64,000 nucleotides of DNA from the human T2T-CHM13v2.0 reference genome, Homo sapiens. The notes under the pieces are model-generated. The model saw only the letters and a program-made list of their open reading frames with translations. It had not been told where the DNA came from and made no database searches. The position numbers were made by a program, and so were the translations under genes. The first letter of the stretch is position 1. Each line of letters begins with the position of its first letter. This document shows positions 38,740-54,056 of this stretch, in pieces. The stretch lies in NCBI RefSeq assembly GCF_009914755.1, contig NC_060945.1; one strand, given 5' to 3'.

Positions 38740-39330
38740 GGGGTACCGCAAAGCCTCATGGGAATTGTAGTGTCACCTTCCAATGATGTTACCATCAAGG
38801 ACCTTGGGAACCAGCTTTTCTCTCTGCGCTTGCGCCGCCCGGCCCACTCCGCCATTTTCCTCCGGAAGTGCGGCACCCAGAGGCGGTCCTGTAGCCGGGC
38901 CGGCTTGGGGCTTGGTTCTATGTCCCTGCGGGTCGGTGCAAGGGCGAAGAGGAACCCGTGGGCCTCAGGGGATCCCGGGGGGCCGGACCAGTGTTCCCTA
39001 GTTGTGGGAGCAGACGCGTGGGCACATTGCGGGCGGGCAGGGCCTGAAGTGCAGGTGCGGGCAGTGGACCCTGGCGGGGGCTGGGAGGACAGGCGTGGGG
39101 TCCCGGCAGTGAAACGGGTTCTAGAGGCGCAGGAGCAGGTAGGAGAGGCCGGTGGCCCTGGGCCCGGAGTCTGCAGGCCGCGCTCCTGTCCTGCCGCTGA
39201 GGGACCCGGTTACCAACCTGCATGACGCTCAGTTTGCCCATCTGTCCCAGTGGTAACACACAGTTCTCGGGAGACGTTCCCCATTCCCAGAGGAGTAGTG
39301 TGAAACGCGTGCGCCTCTAGTCTTAAACTT
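38740..39330 (+). promoter_or_regulatory. CpG-island promoter and probable first exon of an unidentified (likely non-coding or duplicated) transcript
   Basis: CpG-rich; ZNF143/THAP11 motif TGGGAATTGTAGT 38759-38771, NRF1-like TGCGCTTGCGC 38825-38835, YY1 CCGCCATTTT 38849-38858, ETS CCGGAAGTG 38862-38870; donors CAG|GTGCGG 39054/5 and CAG|GTAGGA 39138/9. Confidence 0.75.
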
Positions 39331-41946
39331 GGCGTTTGTATTAGTTGGGTTTCCTGGTGTCTCTTTAGCAAGTGAAGTTTCTGGTTCCCTCCTTCACTGT
39401 GTGACCTGCCTAGTCCTCCTGGGTCGCATTTACAGAAGTTTATACGAGACCTAGTTTCCAGGGAAGAACTCACTGATTCCGCGAGGGAGATGGCTTAATG
39501 GATGATGGTCGTCAGCCTTAAGGATACTTCAGTCTTAACTGTGTGTTACAAAGTTTGAAAGGGAGGGTTCCCTATGAATAAGAAGCACACTTGAAAGAAC
39601 AGCCATCTGGTCTAACCTCTCACTGGTGCTTCAGAGGAGGAAAAAAGGTCACAGGTGAAGATCCCAGTTTTCCTTGCTCAGGAAATATTAATTCTACTCC
39701 CTAGAATGCACAAGATTTGCAAAGACTAGGTGATAGTAGAAGGTTTGGACGAACTTTCAGAAGGTTGAGGTGAATTCAGCTAAGAAGAACAGGCAAGGAC
39801 TTAGGAAATATTCCTTATTTGAAGGGGCCTGAAAGTGTGGTCTGGGGTACAGCAGTGACCTGTCATACTTGAGAGGATTAAAATACTCTCCAAACACAGT
39901 CCCATTCCTTCAACCTTAGCTCGTTTTTTCCAGCGTCTGAGATATATTAAACCTAGTCCATCCCCAAATTTAACATTAGATTGCGAAGTTCTATTGATTG
40001 TATTTGATTTGTAATTTAAGATTTTCTCCCCCTACGTAATTTTGTTAAAAACACAGAAGTGAATTCTGTTCACTTAGGTGTAACAGTTAATACTTGCTGT
40101 TTAAGGAACTAATTAAAGCTTACTGGCTTATAAAAAACAACCACCATTTTATTTGTTCGAAGTTCTGTGGATCTGCACTTTGGTGTGGTGGGTTAAGCTG
40201 GGTAGTTAATATATTTGTGTTGCCTGGATCACAAAAAGGCCTCAGTCACCTGGTGCCTTGACTGAGCCTGGTTGGTTTAAGATAGTTTCCTTCACAATCT
40301 GGTGGTTTGTGGTGACTCTTGGCTAGGCCCTGTGTCTCCAACAGGGTAGCTCCAGACCTCTTCACAATTTCCCCCAAAAAGGAAAGAACCAATGGATATT
40401 TGCATCACATTTTCCATTTTCCATTCACTGGACAAGTCAGATGGAAAAGCCCAATTTATTGTCAGAGCATAATATGAGGGCTTGGATAGAAGGAAAGGTG
40501 TTATTGAGAAACATGAGTAGAATGGTGTACTGCAGGAAATACATATTATGTACATTTTAAAAAACGTAATTGTAGGCCAAAATTGCTGGTTTGCAAGATG
40601 CATTTTCCATGATGTTCAGGTATAGAAAAGCAAGATGTACTGTCATGGGAACACTCATATGTAGTTATTTGTGGAATCTACATATTAATAGGAAAATAGT
40701 TAATACAGCGCAGTATATTTCTATAACATTTATTTTAGTGAACTTATAATGTTTCTTTGTATTAAATTATTAGATTATATATTTAGATAATATTGTTACT
40801 AAATTAGTAGGTAATATATATTTTTATTCAAAAATAAATTGTGCATCTAATGTCTACCAATTAATGTACTTGTAGATGTATCTTATCTTAACTTGAGTCT
40901 TTGCTGCCCCTAATGAGGTGTGAAGGACTCTTCTCCCCTGGGGAAGTTTTTCTTTTTCAGGAGGGAGGAGGGCTTTCCCAGGTAATGTGTCTAGAGTGTT
41001 GGGCAGAAGAATCTGGGACCACACCACACCAGTTCTCTCCTTAATCCACGTCATTTGCCTTCTATCCCAGGTATGTTTCCAGTGTCCTCTGGGTGTTTCC
41101 AAGAGCAACAAGAAACGAATAAATCTCTGGTGAGTTGTTTATTTGTTCTTCACTTTGTTTTACACTGTATTTTCTGAGTTTATGGGTGTCTGTGAATTAA
41201 AAAGGAAAAGTAGAAATAAGTAAAACTCAGGTTGAAGGAAATATACATAAATAAGATAAAGCTGACCTGTAGATATAGGCAGGTTATAAGAGCTTAGAGT
41301 TGTCTAAGTTGAGTGCAAATTTTCCTCTGATCTTTCTGATGCCGAGACAAAAAAGGCAGTCATGTTTGTTATGTGATTGGAATGGAACCCGAGAAGAGAG
41401 CATGCTGTGTTCTTGTGGGACAGGAAAGCTTGCGTGCACCAAGTCTGAACCACCACCTTCATTGGTGACATAGATTATGTGCTGGAACATATTTCACACC
41501 GGCCTGGCAGTAAACACTTGTAGTGTTGTGCAGTGGAAACGGTCATCTTCCGCTAAATCACGGCGTGTTGTGCAGCGGAAATGGTCATCTGCTGCTAAAG
41601 CACAGCTTCCATCGTAATGTATGCTCCTTGCTCAAAGAGTGTGGTCCCAAACAGCCTTTGGGAGGTCCTCCTTGATTCATGGATGAAACCTGGAACATCT
41701 TGAGGACTGAGTTAACCATAGGTCCTTAAATAACTCTCCACACGTTTTTCTTAGTTTATCTCTACATGCAGGGTGTGCAGCAGCCTGTTCAAAGTCATAT
41801 TTTCTGGGAAATATTTCCAGTGTTTATTTGCACTTTAGCCCACTCTGTGTAGCCTTATTTCTTCTAAACTCACCATTAACCTGAATAATAGTCAAATTTA
41901 GGGGGACTGTATTTGCCTTACTCGAGTCTTCTACCATAGTTGAAAC

Positions 41947-42880
41947 TGTCGTACCCGAGTGAGTTAGAGAGAAATGCCACGCATTGAGACGAATTCAGGA
42001 GTCCTTTACTAGTCAGCGACTGAGACATGGCTAACGCACGAAATTCTCTCGGCCCCGAAGAAGGGACTAGATTTTCTTTTATACTTTGGTTTAGAGAGGG
42101 GAGGGGGGATTCTAGCTGCAGCAACTTTACAGAAGAAAAAAACAGGCCGGGCGCGGTGGCTCACGCCTGTAATCCCAGCACTTTGGGAGGCCGAGGCGGG
42201 TGGATCATGAGGTCAGGAGATCGAGACCATCCTGGCTAACAAGGTGAAACCCCGTCTCTACTAAAAATACAAAAAATTAGCCGGGCGCGGTGGCGGGCGC
42301 CTGTAGTCCCAGCTACTGGGGAGGCTGAGGCAGGAGAATGGCGTTGAACCCGGGAAGCGGAGCTTGCAGTGAGCCGAGATTGCGCCACTGCAGTCCGCAG
42401 TCCAGCCTGGGCGACAGAGCGAGACTCCGTCTCAAAAAAAAAAAAAAAAAAAAAAAAAAAAGAAAAAAACAGACAAAAAACTTAGAAAGACAGATGGTTA
42501 CAGGAAAACAAACTGTTCCTGGTGTAGGGTCTTTAAATTCACCACAAAGTGATAGGTGAGGGGGCTCTGGGCATTATCTGCCGGACAAATGTGGGGGCTT
42601 TATGATACTATCTCTGAGTAAATTGCTGGGAACTGGGGACATCTCTTGTCTCAGCACTTTATCAGTTAATTGCACGCTTTGATATGTTGAAAATCAGCTT
42701 GCACAAGTTAAAGTCCTTGAGGAAAGGGGGTGGGTAAGGAGTCCTTGATGTCTTGTTAATGAAGGAGCCAAATGGAGTTTGTCTGGTTTTCTCAGCTAAG
42801 GGAGAGTCTATTCGTATTAAAAACAAGGTTAGCTGTCTAAGGAAGAGTCTATTCATGTTAATACAACGTTGGGTATTACA
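41947..42880 (-). mobile_element. Solo LTR6 (LTR6B-like; HERV-T/S71)
   Basis: Minus strand TGTAATACCCAAC...GACTCTCCCTTAGCTGAG...CTCGGGTACGACA; 4-bp TSD AAAC at 41943-41946 and 42881-42884. Confidence 0.75.
42145..42459 (+). mobile_element. AluYb lineage (Yb11 diagnostics)
   Basis: 7-bp duplication GCAGTCCGCAGTCC, CTACTGGGGAGG, GTCCAGCC, extra T in GGCGTTGAACC; TSD AAGAAAAAAACA. Confidence 0.88.
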
Positions 42881-42921
42881 AAACGTCTGTTCATGATCTG
42901 GAAATTCTTCTGTGTTAGTTC

Positions 42922-43320
42922 TGTTAAAAGAAAAACTTTAAAGGAGTTTAATTTAGCAATAAACGATTCATGAATCGGACAGTCCCCAGAATCACAGCAG
43001 ATTCACAGAGACTCCAGTGCAGTCATGTGGTGGAAGAAGATTTATAGACAAAAGGGAAGTGGCATACCGAAATCGGAAGTGAGGTACAGAAACAACTCAG
43101 CGTTTGCCTTGTTTGAACACATTTTGAACATTTGGCAGTGCCTGAGTGGTTGAAGTTTGGCCATTGGGATTGGCCAAGATGTAGCTGTTGTTCCAGGTGC
43201 ATACTCTTAAGTTAGTTTTTCATTCTTGTATACCTATTAAGGTAGGTTGCAGTTCACCCACAAGGACTCATATATAGAATTATGGAGTCCTTCTCAGGCC
43301 ATACTTAGTTCACTTTAACA
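42922..43320 (-). mobile_element. MER57-type 3' LTR
   Basis: Minus strand TGTTAAAGTGAACTAAGTATGGCCTGAGAAGGACTCC...TTTTCTTTTAACA. Confidence 0.85.
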
Positions 43321-43699
43321 ATGCCTTCCCTTTGGTTATTTTCTCAATTTTGAGAGATTGGCCGAAACTTCAGTCACTGGTGTCACTATTACCATTGCAA
43401 ATGTACTTACTTGGTTTAGAAACCCACTGGGAAATAGACCAGTGAGATTTGAAAAGGTGGAACAAGGACTTGAGTAGAAGGTATCTTCTTATGCTGGAAC
43501 ATCCTGTTTACAGGAGAAAAACAAAACCTGGTTTGTTCTAGGATTTATGTGTTTCCCTAAAGTCTTAGTTTGATTATGTTACATTTAGCATGAGTGACTC
43601 CATTTTGGTTTGGTTTGGTTTGGTCTGTTGGGACCTATTGCATGAGCTTAGTTCAAAACAATGGCCTCCCATAATTTTGCTTTAAAAATTCCTCCTTTT

Positions 43700-43993
43700 T
43701 GCTGGGTGTGGTGGCTCACACCTGTAATCCCAGCACTTTGGGAGCCTGAGGTGGGCAGATCACGAGGTCAGGAGATTGAGACCATCCTTGCTAATATGGT
43801 GAAACCCCATCTCTACTAAAAATACAAAAAATTAGCCAAGTGTGGTGGCGGGTGCCTGTATTCCCAGCTACTCAGGAGGCTGAGGCAGGAGAATGGCCTG
43901 AACCCGGGAGGCAGAGCTTGCAGTGAGCCGAGATCATGCCACTGCACTCCACTCTGGGGGACAGACCAAAACTCTGTCTTAGAAAAAAAAAAA
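43700..43993 (+). mobile_element. AluY
   Basis: TSD aaaaat(t)cctcctttt on both sides. Confidence 0.9.
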
Positions 43994-44068
43994 TCCTCCT
44001 TTTCAGTCAAGTTCTCACTTAGTTGAGAGTGTGACCAAAATGTAGGGCCTTAGCATCACTCTTAGTTA

Positions 44069-45264
44069 CCATTGTTTTGGGTTCCAGTTATAGCATGTCA
44101 TTCCCATTGTTTTGGGTTTCTGGTTTAGCACATCACTCCCATTGTTTTGGGTTCCGGTTTTAGCACGTCATTCCCATTGTTTTGGGTTTCTGGTTTAGCA
44201 CGTCACTCTCATTGTTTTGGGTTCCTGTTTTAGCACGTCACTCCCATTGTTTTGGGTTCTGGTTTAGCACGTCACTCACATTGTTTTGGGTTCTGGTTTT
44301 AGCACCTCACTCCCATTGTTTTGGGTTTCCAGGTTTTAGCACGTCACTCCCATTGTTTTGGGTTTCTGGTTTAGCACGTCACTCCCATTGTTTTGGGTGT
44401 CTGGTTTTATCACGTCACTCCCATCGTTTTGGGTTTCTGGTGTAGCAGAACACTCCCATTGTTTTGGGTTTCTGGTTTTAGCACTTCACTCCCATTGTTT
44501 TGGGTTTCTGATTTAGCAGGACCCTCCCATTGTTTTGGGTTTCTGGTTTTAGCATGTCACTCCCATTGTTTTGGGTTCCGGTTTTAGCACGTCACTCCCA
44601 TTGTTTTGGGTTCCGGTTTAGCACGTCATTCCCATTGTTTTGGGTTCAGGTTTTAGCACATCACTCCCATTGTTTTGGGTATCTGGTTTTAGCATGTCAC
44701 TCCCATTGTTTTGTGTATCTGGTTTTAGCACCTCACTCCCATTGTTTTGGGTTTCCAGGTTTTAGCACGTCACTCCCATTGTTTTGGGTTTCTGGTTTAT
44801 CATGTCACTCTCATTGTTTTGGGTTTCTGGTTTAGCAGGACACTCCCATTGTTTTGGGTTTCTGGTTTAGCAGGTCACTACCATTGTTTTGGGTTCCGGT
44901 TTAAGCACATCACTCCCATTGTTTTGGGTTCCGGTTTTAGCACATCACTCCCATTGTTTTGGATTTCTGGTTTAGCAGGTCACTCCCATTGTTTTCGGTT
45001 CTGGTTTAAGCACATCACTCCCGTTGTTTTGGGTTCTGGTTTTAGCACCTCACTCCCATTGTTTGGGTTTCTGGTTTTGCAGGTCACTCCCATTGTTTTG
45101 GGTTCCAGTTTAAGCACATCACTCCCATTGTTTTCGTTTCCGGTTTTAGCACGTCACTCCCATTGTTTTGGGTTCCAGTTTTAGCAAGTCACTCCCATTG
45201 TTTTGGGTTTCTGGTTTAGCATGTCACTCCCATTGTTTTGGGTTTCCAGTTTAGCATGTCACTC
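44069..45264. repeat. Minisatellite/VNTR, ~35-bp unit x ~34
   Basis: Consensus CCCATTGTTTTGGGTTTCTGGTTTAGCACGTCACT. Confidence 0.97.
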
Positions 45265-46535
45265 ATAGGTTATGGTGGCCTTATGGTTGCACATTTTTTT
45301 TAATCTCTTGTCATTCCAGTTGAAGAGATACCATTTGACATTTTAGAGATGGCTGCATGCAAACTCTTGAAACATTTGAGTAAGTACAGTACACCAGGGA
45401 GACTCTTATGACTATTGGGATAACACCAAGATGTGGTATATGCTCCTTACTCAGGGTCCCCATAAATCAAACCACCAAAAATCAAATAGATTAAAGAATA
45501 AATTAGATAAAGGGTTTACTTGCTTAACTAAGTGGTTTTTTTTGTTAATTCCCTACAACCAAATCTTTATAATACCCCATGTTTTCTCCACATGCTGTAA
45601 GTGTTAGCAGCTGCACAGATACTTAAGATAAGAGTCTCATGATAGTAGAGAAGTCTTGATCTGTGATCTTGGGAAAAGCTGTTCACATTAAGGATGCCAT
45701 CTTCTTCTGGGGGGAACTGTCCGTGTTAGCTTTACCTTAAGGGTTCCAATAGGCATATGGTTCCGAGTGTGGAGGGACCCTTCTGAGTTGTGAGACTATG
45801 AACCCAAAGTTTAAGGTTTTAAAGTTTTGTTGTCATGTGGATGGCGAGGGCAGTCCTTCTCTGATGTTCTCAGAAGATCCAGTCATCAGATTCTAGATTT
45901 TGAAGGGTTTGACTGTCCTCAGTGAACCATAAAAGGCTTTCTTTACCTGGTGAAAATACACTTCAGGGTAATAATCTACTGTTTTAACATCAACTCTCTC
46001 GCATGGAAGAGCTTTTATACAATCAGAAAACATGCACTGAAAATGACAACTGAATGAAATCCCTTTATAAAATGTTTAAATGGCCCATCAGATAACCAAA
46101 TGTACCTGAAGTTTTGATTGTTTTCCTAGGAATATAGGTTTCACAAACCAAACATTGGTTATAAACTATTTTAGCAGTTTAGAAATCACCACACCAATAT
46201 ATTTAATTTGGATCGTTTTCTCTTTCTGTGATGAGTTATGGAATGCAGAACTTTTAATAACAAAAGTTTTTAAGACTTAAGAAGGATAAGGTGGCCATCC
46301 TGGTTCTTCATAGGTCTGTGCTTAATTAACATCAGACTTACATCCTCTTGAATACCAGCTGTTTCTCCAAATTAGGTGCATGGCACTGGTAACTGATGAG
46401 TAGTTATAGGTAATTTGATTTAGACCATGGAGTTTATTTAAATTATATATCTAAACAATTTCAATATTGGTGATTTAGCATGAAAATGTGGCAAAATATT
46501 TCCTTGGTATACAATTTTTGTTTTACTTGGGTTAG

Positions 46536-46868
<333 letters not shown>

Positions 46869-47172
46869 TAACTGTTGAGAATTCTTAGCCAGTCCAATTC
46901 TTGGGGTATCGGGGAACTTATGGGGAATTTTTACCCATGATATTAAAGTTATTAGAAATCTGTGTTCACGAGTGTTTTTCAGGGTCATTTTCATTCTTTC
47001 ATGAATCTTCTAAGAGACACCATACTCTAGAATTTTGCATGCTTGTGAAGTTTTTAGAAACTGCATCACCATTAAGCAATTAACTGTGAAATGACTCTAG
47101 TTATAGTTAAAGACAATTGACAAGGAAATTTGGTTATTTCTGTGGTCTACAATAACTTAATAACCATAATTA

Positions 47173-47553
<381 letters not shown>

Positions 47554-48027
47554 TTATTTTGACAGTGCTACCCATGTGACTTAACATGTTAAATAGTCCT
47601 GTTTACCTCTCTTTTGGGTGCTTCAGGGGTCTCTGTAGTATCCCAAAATTAGAGGTCAGAAAAGACAATTTTGAAGTTGAAATTTGATTTTGGGAAGCCT
47701 ATTAAATATATTAAAGGTTTAAACACTTGATGTTATGAAATAGAATTCCACTTCACCGTAAGTCATTCATTTACCAAAAATCATGACAAAAAATTTTTAT
47801 TATTTTTTTATTTTTATTTTTTATTATACTTTTAGTTTTAGGGTACATGTGCACATTGTGCAGGTTAGTTACATATGTATACATGAGCCATGCTGGTGTG
47901 CTGCACCCACTAACTCGTCATCTAGCATTAGGTATATCTCCTAATGCTATCCCTCCCCCCTCCCCCCACACCACAACAGTCCCCAGAGTGTGATATTCCC
48001 CTTCCTGTGTCCATGTGATCTCATTGT

Positions 48028-50142
<2,115 letters not shown>

Positions 50143-50199
50143 TTACATCCCAGGGATGAAGCCCACTTGATCAAGTTGCATAAGCTTTTTGATGTGTTA

Positions 50200-50610
<411 letters not shown>

Positions 50611-53504
50611 TTATTCTCTGATGGTAGTTAGTATTTTGCTGGGATTGGTGGTGATATCCCCTTTATCATTTTTTATTGCGTCTATTTGATTCTTCTCTCT
50701 TTTTTTCTTTATTAGTCTTGCTAGAGGTCTATCAATTTTGCTGATCCTTTCAAAAAACCAGCTCCTGGATTCATTAATTTTTTGAAGGGATTTTGTGTCT
50801 CTATTTCCTTCAGTTCTGCTCTGATTTTAGTTATTTCTTGCCTTCTGCTAGCTTTTGAATGTGTTTGCTCTTGCTTTTCTAGTTCTTTCAATTGTGATGT
50901 TAGGGTGTCAATTTTGGATCTTTCCTGTTTTCCCTTGTGGGCATTTAGTGCTATAAATTTCCCTCTACACAGTGCTTTGAATGCGTCCCAGAGATTCTGG
51001 TATGTTGTGTCTTTGTTCTCATTGGTTTCAAAGAATATCTTTATTTCTGCCTTCATTTCCTTATGTACCCAGTAGTCATTCAGGAGCAGGTTGTTCAGTT
51101 TCCATGTAGTTGAGCAGTTTTGAGTTAGATTCTTAATCCTGAGTTCTAGTTTGATTGCACTGTCATCTGAGAGATAGTTTCTTATAATTTCTGTTCTTTT
51201 ACATTTGCTGAGGAGAACTTTACTTCCAAGTATGTGGTCAATTTTGGAATAGGTGTGGTGTGGTGCTGAAAACATGTATATTCTGTTGATTTGGGGTGGA
51301 AAGTTCTGGAGATGTCTGTTAGGTCCGCTTGGTGCAGAGCTGAGTTCAATTCCTGGGTATGCTTTTTGACTTCCTGTCTTGTTGATCTGTCTAATGTTGA
51401 CAGTGGGGTGTTAAAGTCTCCCATTATTAATGTGTGGGAGTCTAAGTCTCTTTGTAGGTCACTCAGGACTTGCTTTATGAATCTGCATGCTCCTGTATTG
51501 GGTGCATATATATTTAGGATAGTTAGCTCTTCTTGTTGAATTGATCCCTTTACCATTATGTAATGGCCTTCTTTGTCTCTTTTGTTCTTTCTTGGTTTAA
51601 AGTCTGTTTTATCAGAGACTAGGATTACAACCCCTGCCTTTTTTTGTTTTCCATTTGCTTGGTAGATCTTCCTCCATCCTTTTATTTTGAACCTATGTGT
51701 GTCTCTGCACGTGAGATAGTTTCCTGAATACAGCACACTGATGGTTCTTGACTCTTTATCCAATTTGCCAGTCTGTGTCTTTTAATTGGAGCATTTAGTC
51801 CATTTACATTTAAAGTTAATATTGTTATGTGTGAATTTGATCCTGTCATTATGATGTTAGCTGGTTATTTTGCTCGTTAGTTAATGCAGTTTCTTCCTAG
51901 TCTCGACGGTGTTTACATTTTGGCATGATTTTGCAGCGGCTGGTACCAGTTGATCCTTTCCATGTTTAGTGCTTCCTTCAGGAGCTCTTGTAAGGCAGGT
52001 CTGGTCGTGACAAAATCTCTCAGCATTTGCTTGTCTGTAAAGTATTTTATTTCTCCTTTGCTTATGAAGCTTAGCTTGGCTGGATATGAAATTCTGGGTT
52101 GAAAATTCTTTTCTTTAAGAATGTTGAATATTGGCCCCCACTCTCTTCTGGCTTGTAGGGTTTCTGCTGAGAGATCCGCTGTTAGTCTGATGGGCTTCCC
52201 TTTGAGGGTAACCCGACCTTTCTCTCTGGCTGCCCTTAACATTTTTTCCTTCATTTCAACTTTGGTGAATCTGACAATTATGTGTCTTGGAGTTGCTCTT
52301 CTCGAGGAGTATCTTTGTGGCGTTCTCTGTATTTTCTGAATCTGAATGTTGGCCTGCCTTGCTAGATTGGGGAAGTTCTCCTGGATAATATCCTGCAGTG
52401 TTTTCCAACTTGGTTCCATTCTCCCTATCACTTTCAGGTACACCAATCAGATGTAGATTTGGTCTTTTCACATAGTCCCATATTTCTTGGAGGCTTTGCT
52501 CATTTCTTTTTATTCTTTTTTCTCTAAACTTCCCTTCTCATTTCATTTCATTCATTTCATCTTCCATCGCTGATACCCTTTCTTCCAGTTGATCGCATCG
52601 GCTCCTGAGGCTTCTGCATTCTTCACGTAGTTCTCGAGCCTTCGTTTTCAGCTCCATCAGCTCCTTTAAGAACTTCTCTCTATTGGTTATTCTAGTTATA
52701 CATTCTTCTAAATTTTTTTCAAAGTTTTCAACTTTGCCTTTGGTTTGAATGTCCTGCCATAGCTCAGAGTAATTTGATCATCTGAAGCCTTCTCTCAGCT
52801 CGTCAAAGTCATTCTCCATCCAGCTTTGTTCCGTTGCTGGTGAGGAACTGCATTCCTTTGGAGGAGGAGAGGCGCTCTGCTTTTTAGAGTTTCCAGTTTT
52901 TCTGTTCTGTTTTTTCCCCATCTTTGCGGTTTTATCTACTTTTGGTCTTTGATGATGGTGATGTACACATGGGTTCTTGGTGTGGATGTCCTTTCTGTTT
53001 TTTAGTTTTCCTTCTAACAGACAGTACCCTCAGTTTCAGGTCTGTTGGAGTTTTCTAGAGGCCCATTCCCGACCCTGTTTGCCTGGGTATCAGCAGTGGT
53101 GTCTGCAAAACCGTGGATTTTCGTGATCCGCGAATGCTGCTGTCTGATCGTTCCTCTGGAAGTTTTGTCTCAGAGGAGTACCTGGTCGTGTGAGGTGTCA
53201 GTCTGCCCCTGCTAGGGGGCGCCTCCCAGTTAGGCTGCTCGGGGGTCAGGGGTCAGGGACCCACTTGAGGAGGCAGTCTGCCCATTCTCAGATCTCCAGC
53301 TGCATGCTGGGAGAACCACTGCTCTCCTCAAAGCTGTCAGACAGGGACATTTAAGTCTGCAGAGGTTACTGCTGTCTTTTTGTTTGTCTGTGTCCTGCCC
53401 CCAGAGGTGGAGCCTGCAGAGGCAGGCAGGCCTCCTTGAGCTGTGGTGGGCTCCACCCAGTTCGAGCTTCCAGGCTGCTTTGTTTACCTAAGAGAGCCTG
53501 GGCA

Positions 53505-53738
53505 ATGGCTGGTGCCCCTCCCCCAGCCTCGCTGCTGCCTTGCAGTTTGATCTCAGACTGCTGTGTTAGCAATCATCAAGACTCCGTGGGCATAGGACCT
53601 TCCGAGCCAGGTGCGGGATATAATCTCGTGGTGTGCCGTTTCCTAAGCCCGTCAGAAAAGCTCAGTATTAGGGTGGCAGTGGCCCGATTTTCCAGGTGCC
53701 ATCTGTCACCCCTTTCCTTGACCAGGAAAGGGAACTAA
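53505..53738 (+). CDS. L1 antisense ORF0-like peptide, 77 aa
   Basis: MAGAPPPASLLPCSLISDCC...TRKGN* matches primate ORF0; Kozak GCAATGG; expression not shown. Confidence 0.55.
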   Translation: MAGAPPPASLLPCSLISDCCVSNHQDSVGIGPSEPGAGYNLVVCRFLSPSEKLSIRVAVARFSRCHLSPLSLTRKGN

Positions 53739-54056
53739 CTTCCTGACCCCTTGCGCTTCCCGAGTGAGGCAATGCCTCGCCCTGCTTTGGCTAGTGCACA
53801 GTGCACTTCACCCACTGTCCTGCACCCACTGTCTGGCACTCCCTAGTGAGATGAACCCAGTACCTCAAATGGAAATGCAGAAATCACCCATCTTCTGCAT
53901 CGCTCATGCTGGGAGCTGTAGACCGGAGCTGTTCCTATTCGGCCATCTTGGCTCCTCCTCCCATTATTTTTTAATATTTTCTGAAAATCTTCTTTAAAGA
54001 GAGAAAGCCAAATGTCACCCACTTTTTCATAAAACCTTACAGGCAAATCTATTATT

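Noticed and set aside
38758-39225. 155-aa ORF over the CpG island
   Set aside because: GC-rich stop-poor sequence; the start lies upstream of the likely TSS and the ORF crosses splice donors.
41520-41605. ~41-bp tandem duplication gtgttgtgcag.ggaaa.ggtcatct
   Set aside because: Only two copies in probable ERV-derived sequence; no further structure.
44069-45264. 35-bp repeat as a CRISPR array; ORFs 44182-45184 as proteins
   Set aside because: Units are contiguous with no unique spacers and no cas genes, in a primate context; the ORFs are translations of the repeat.
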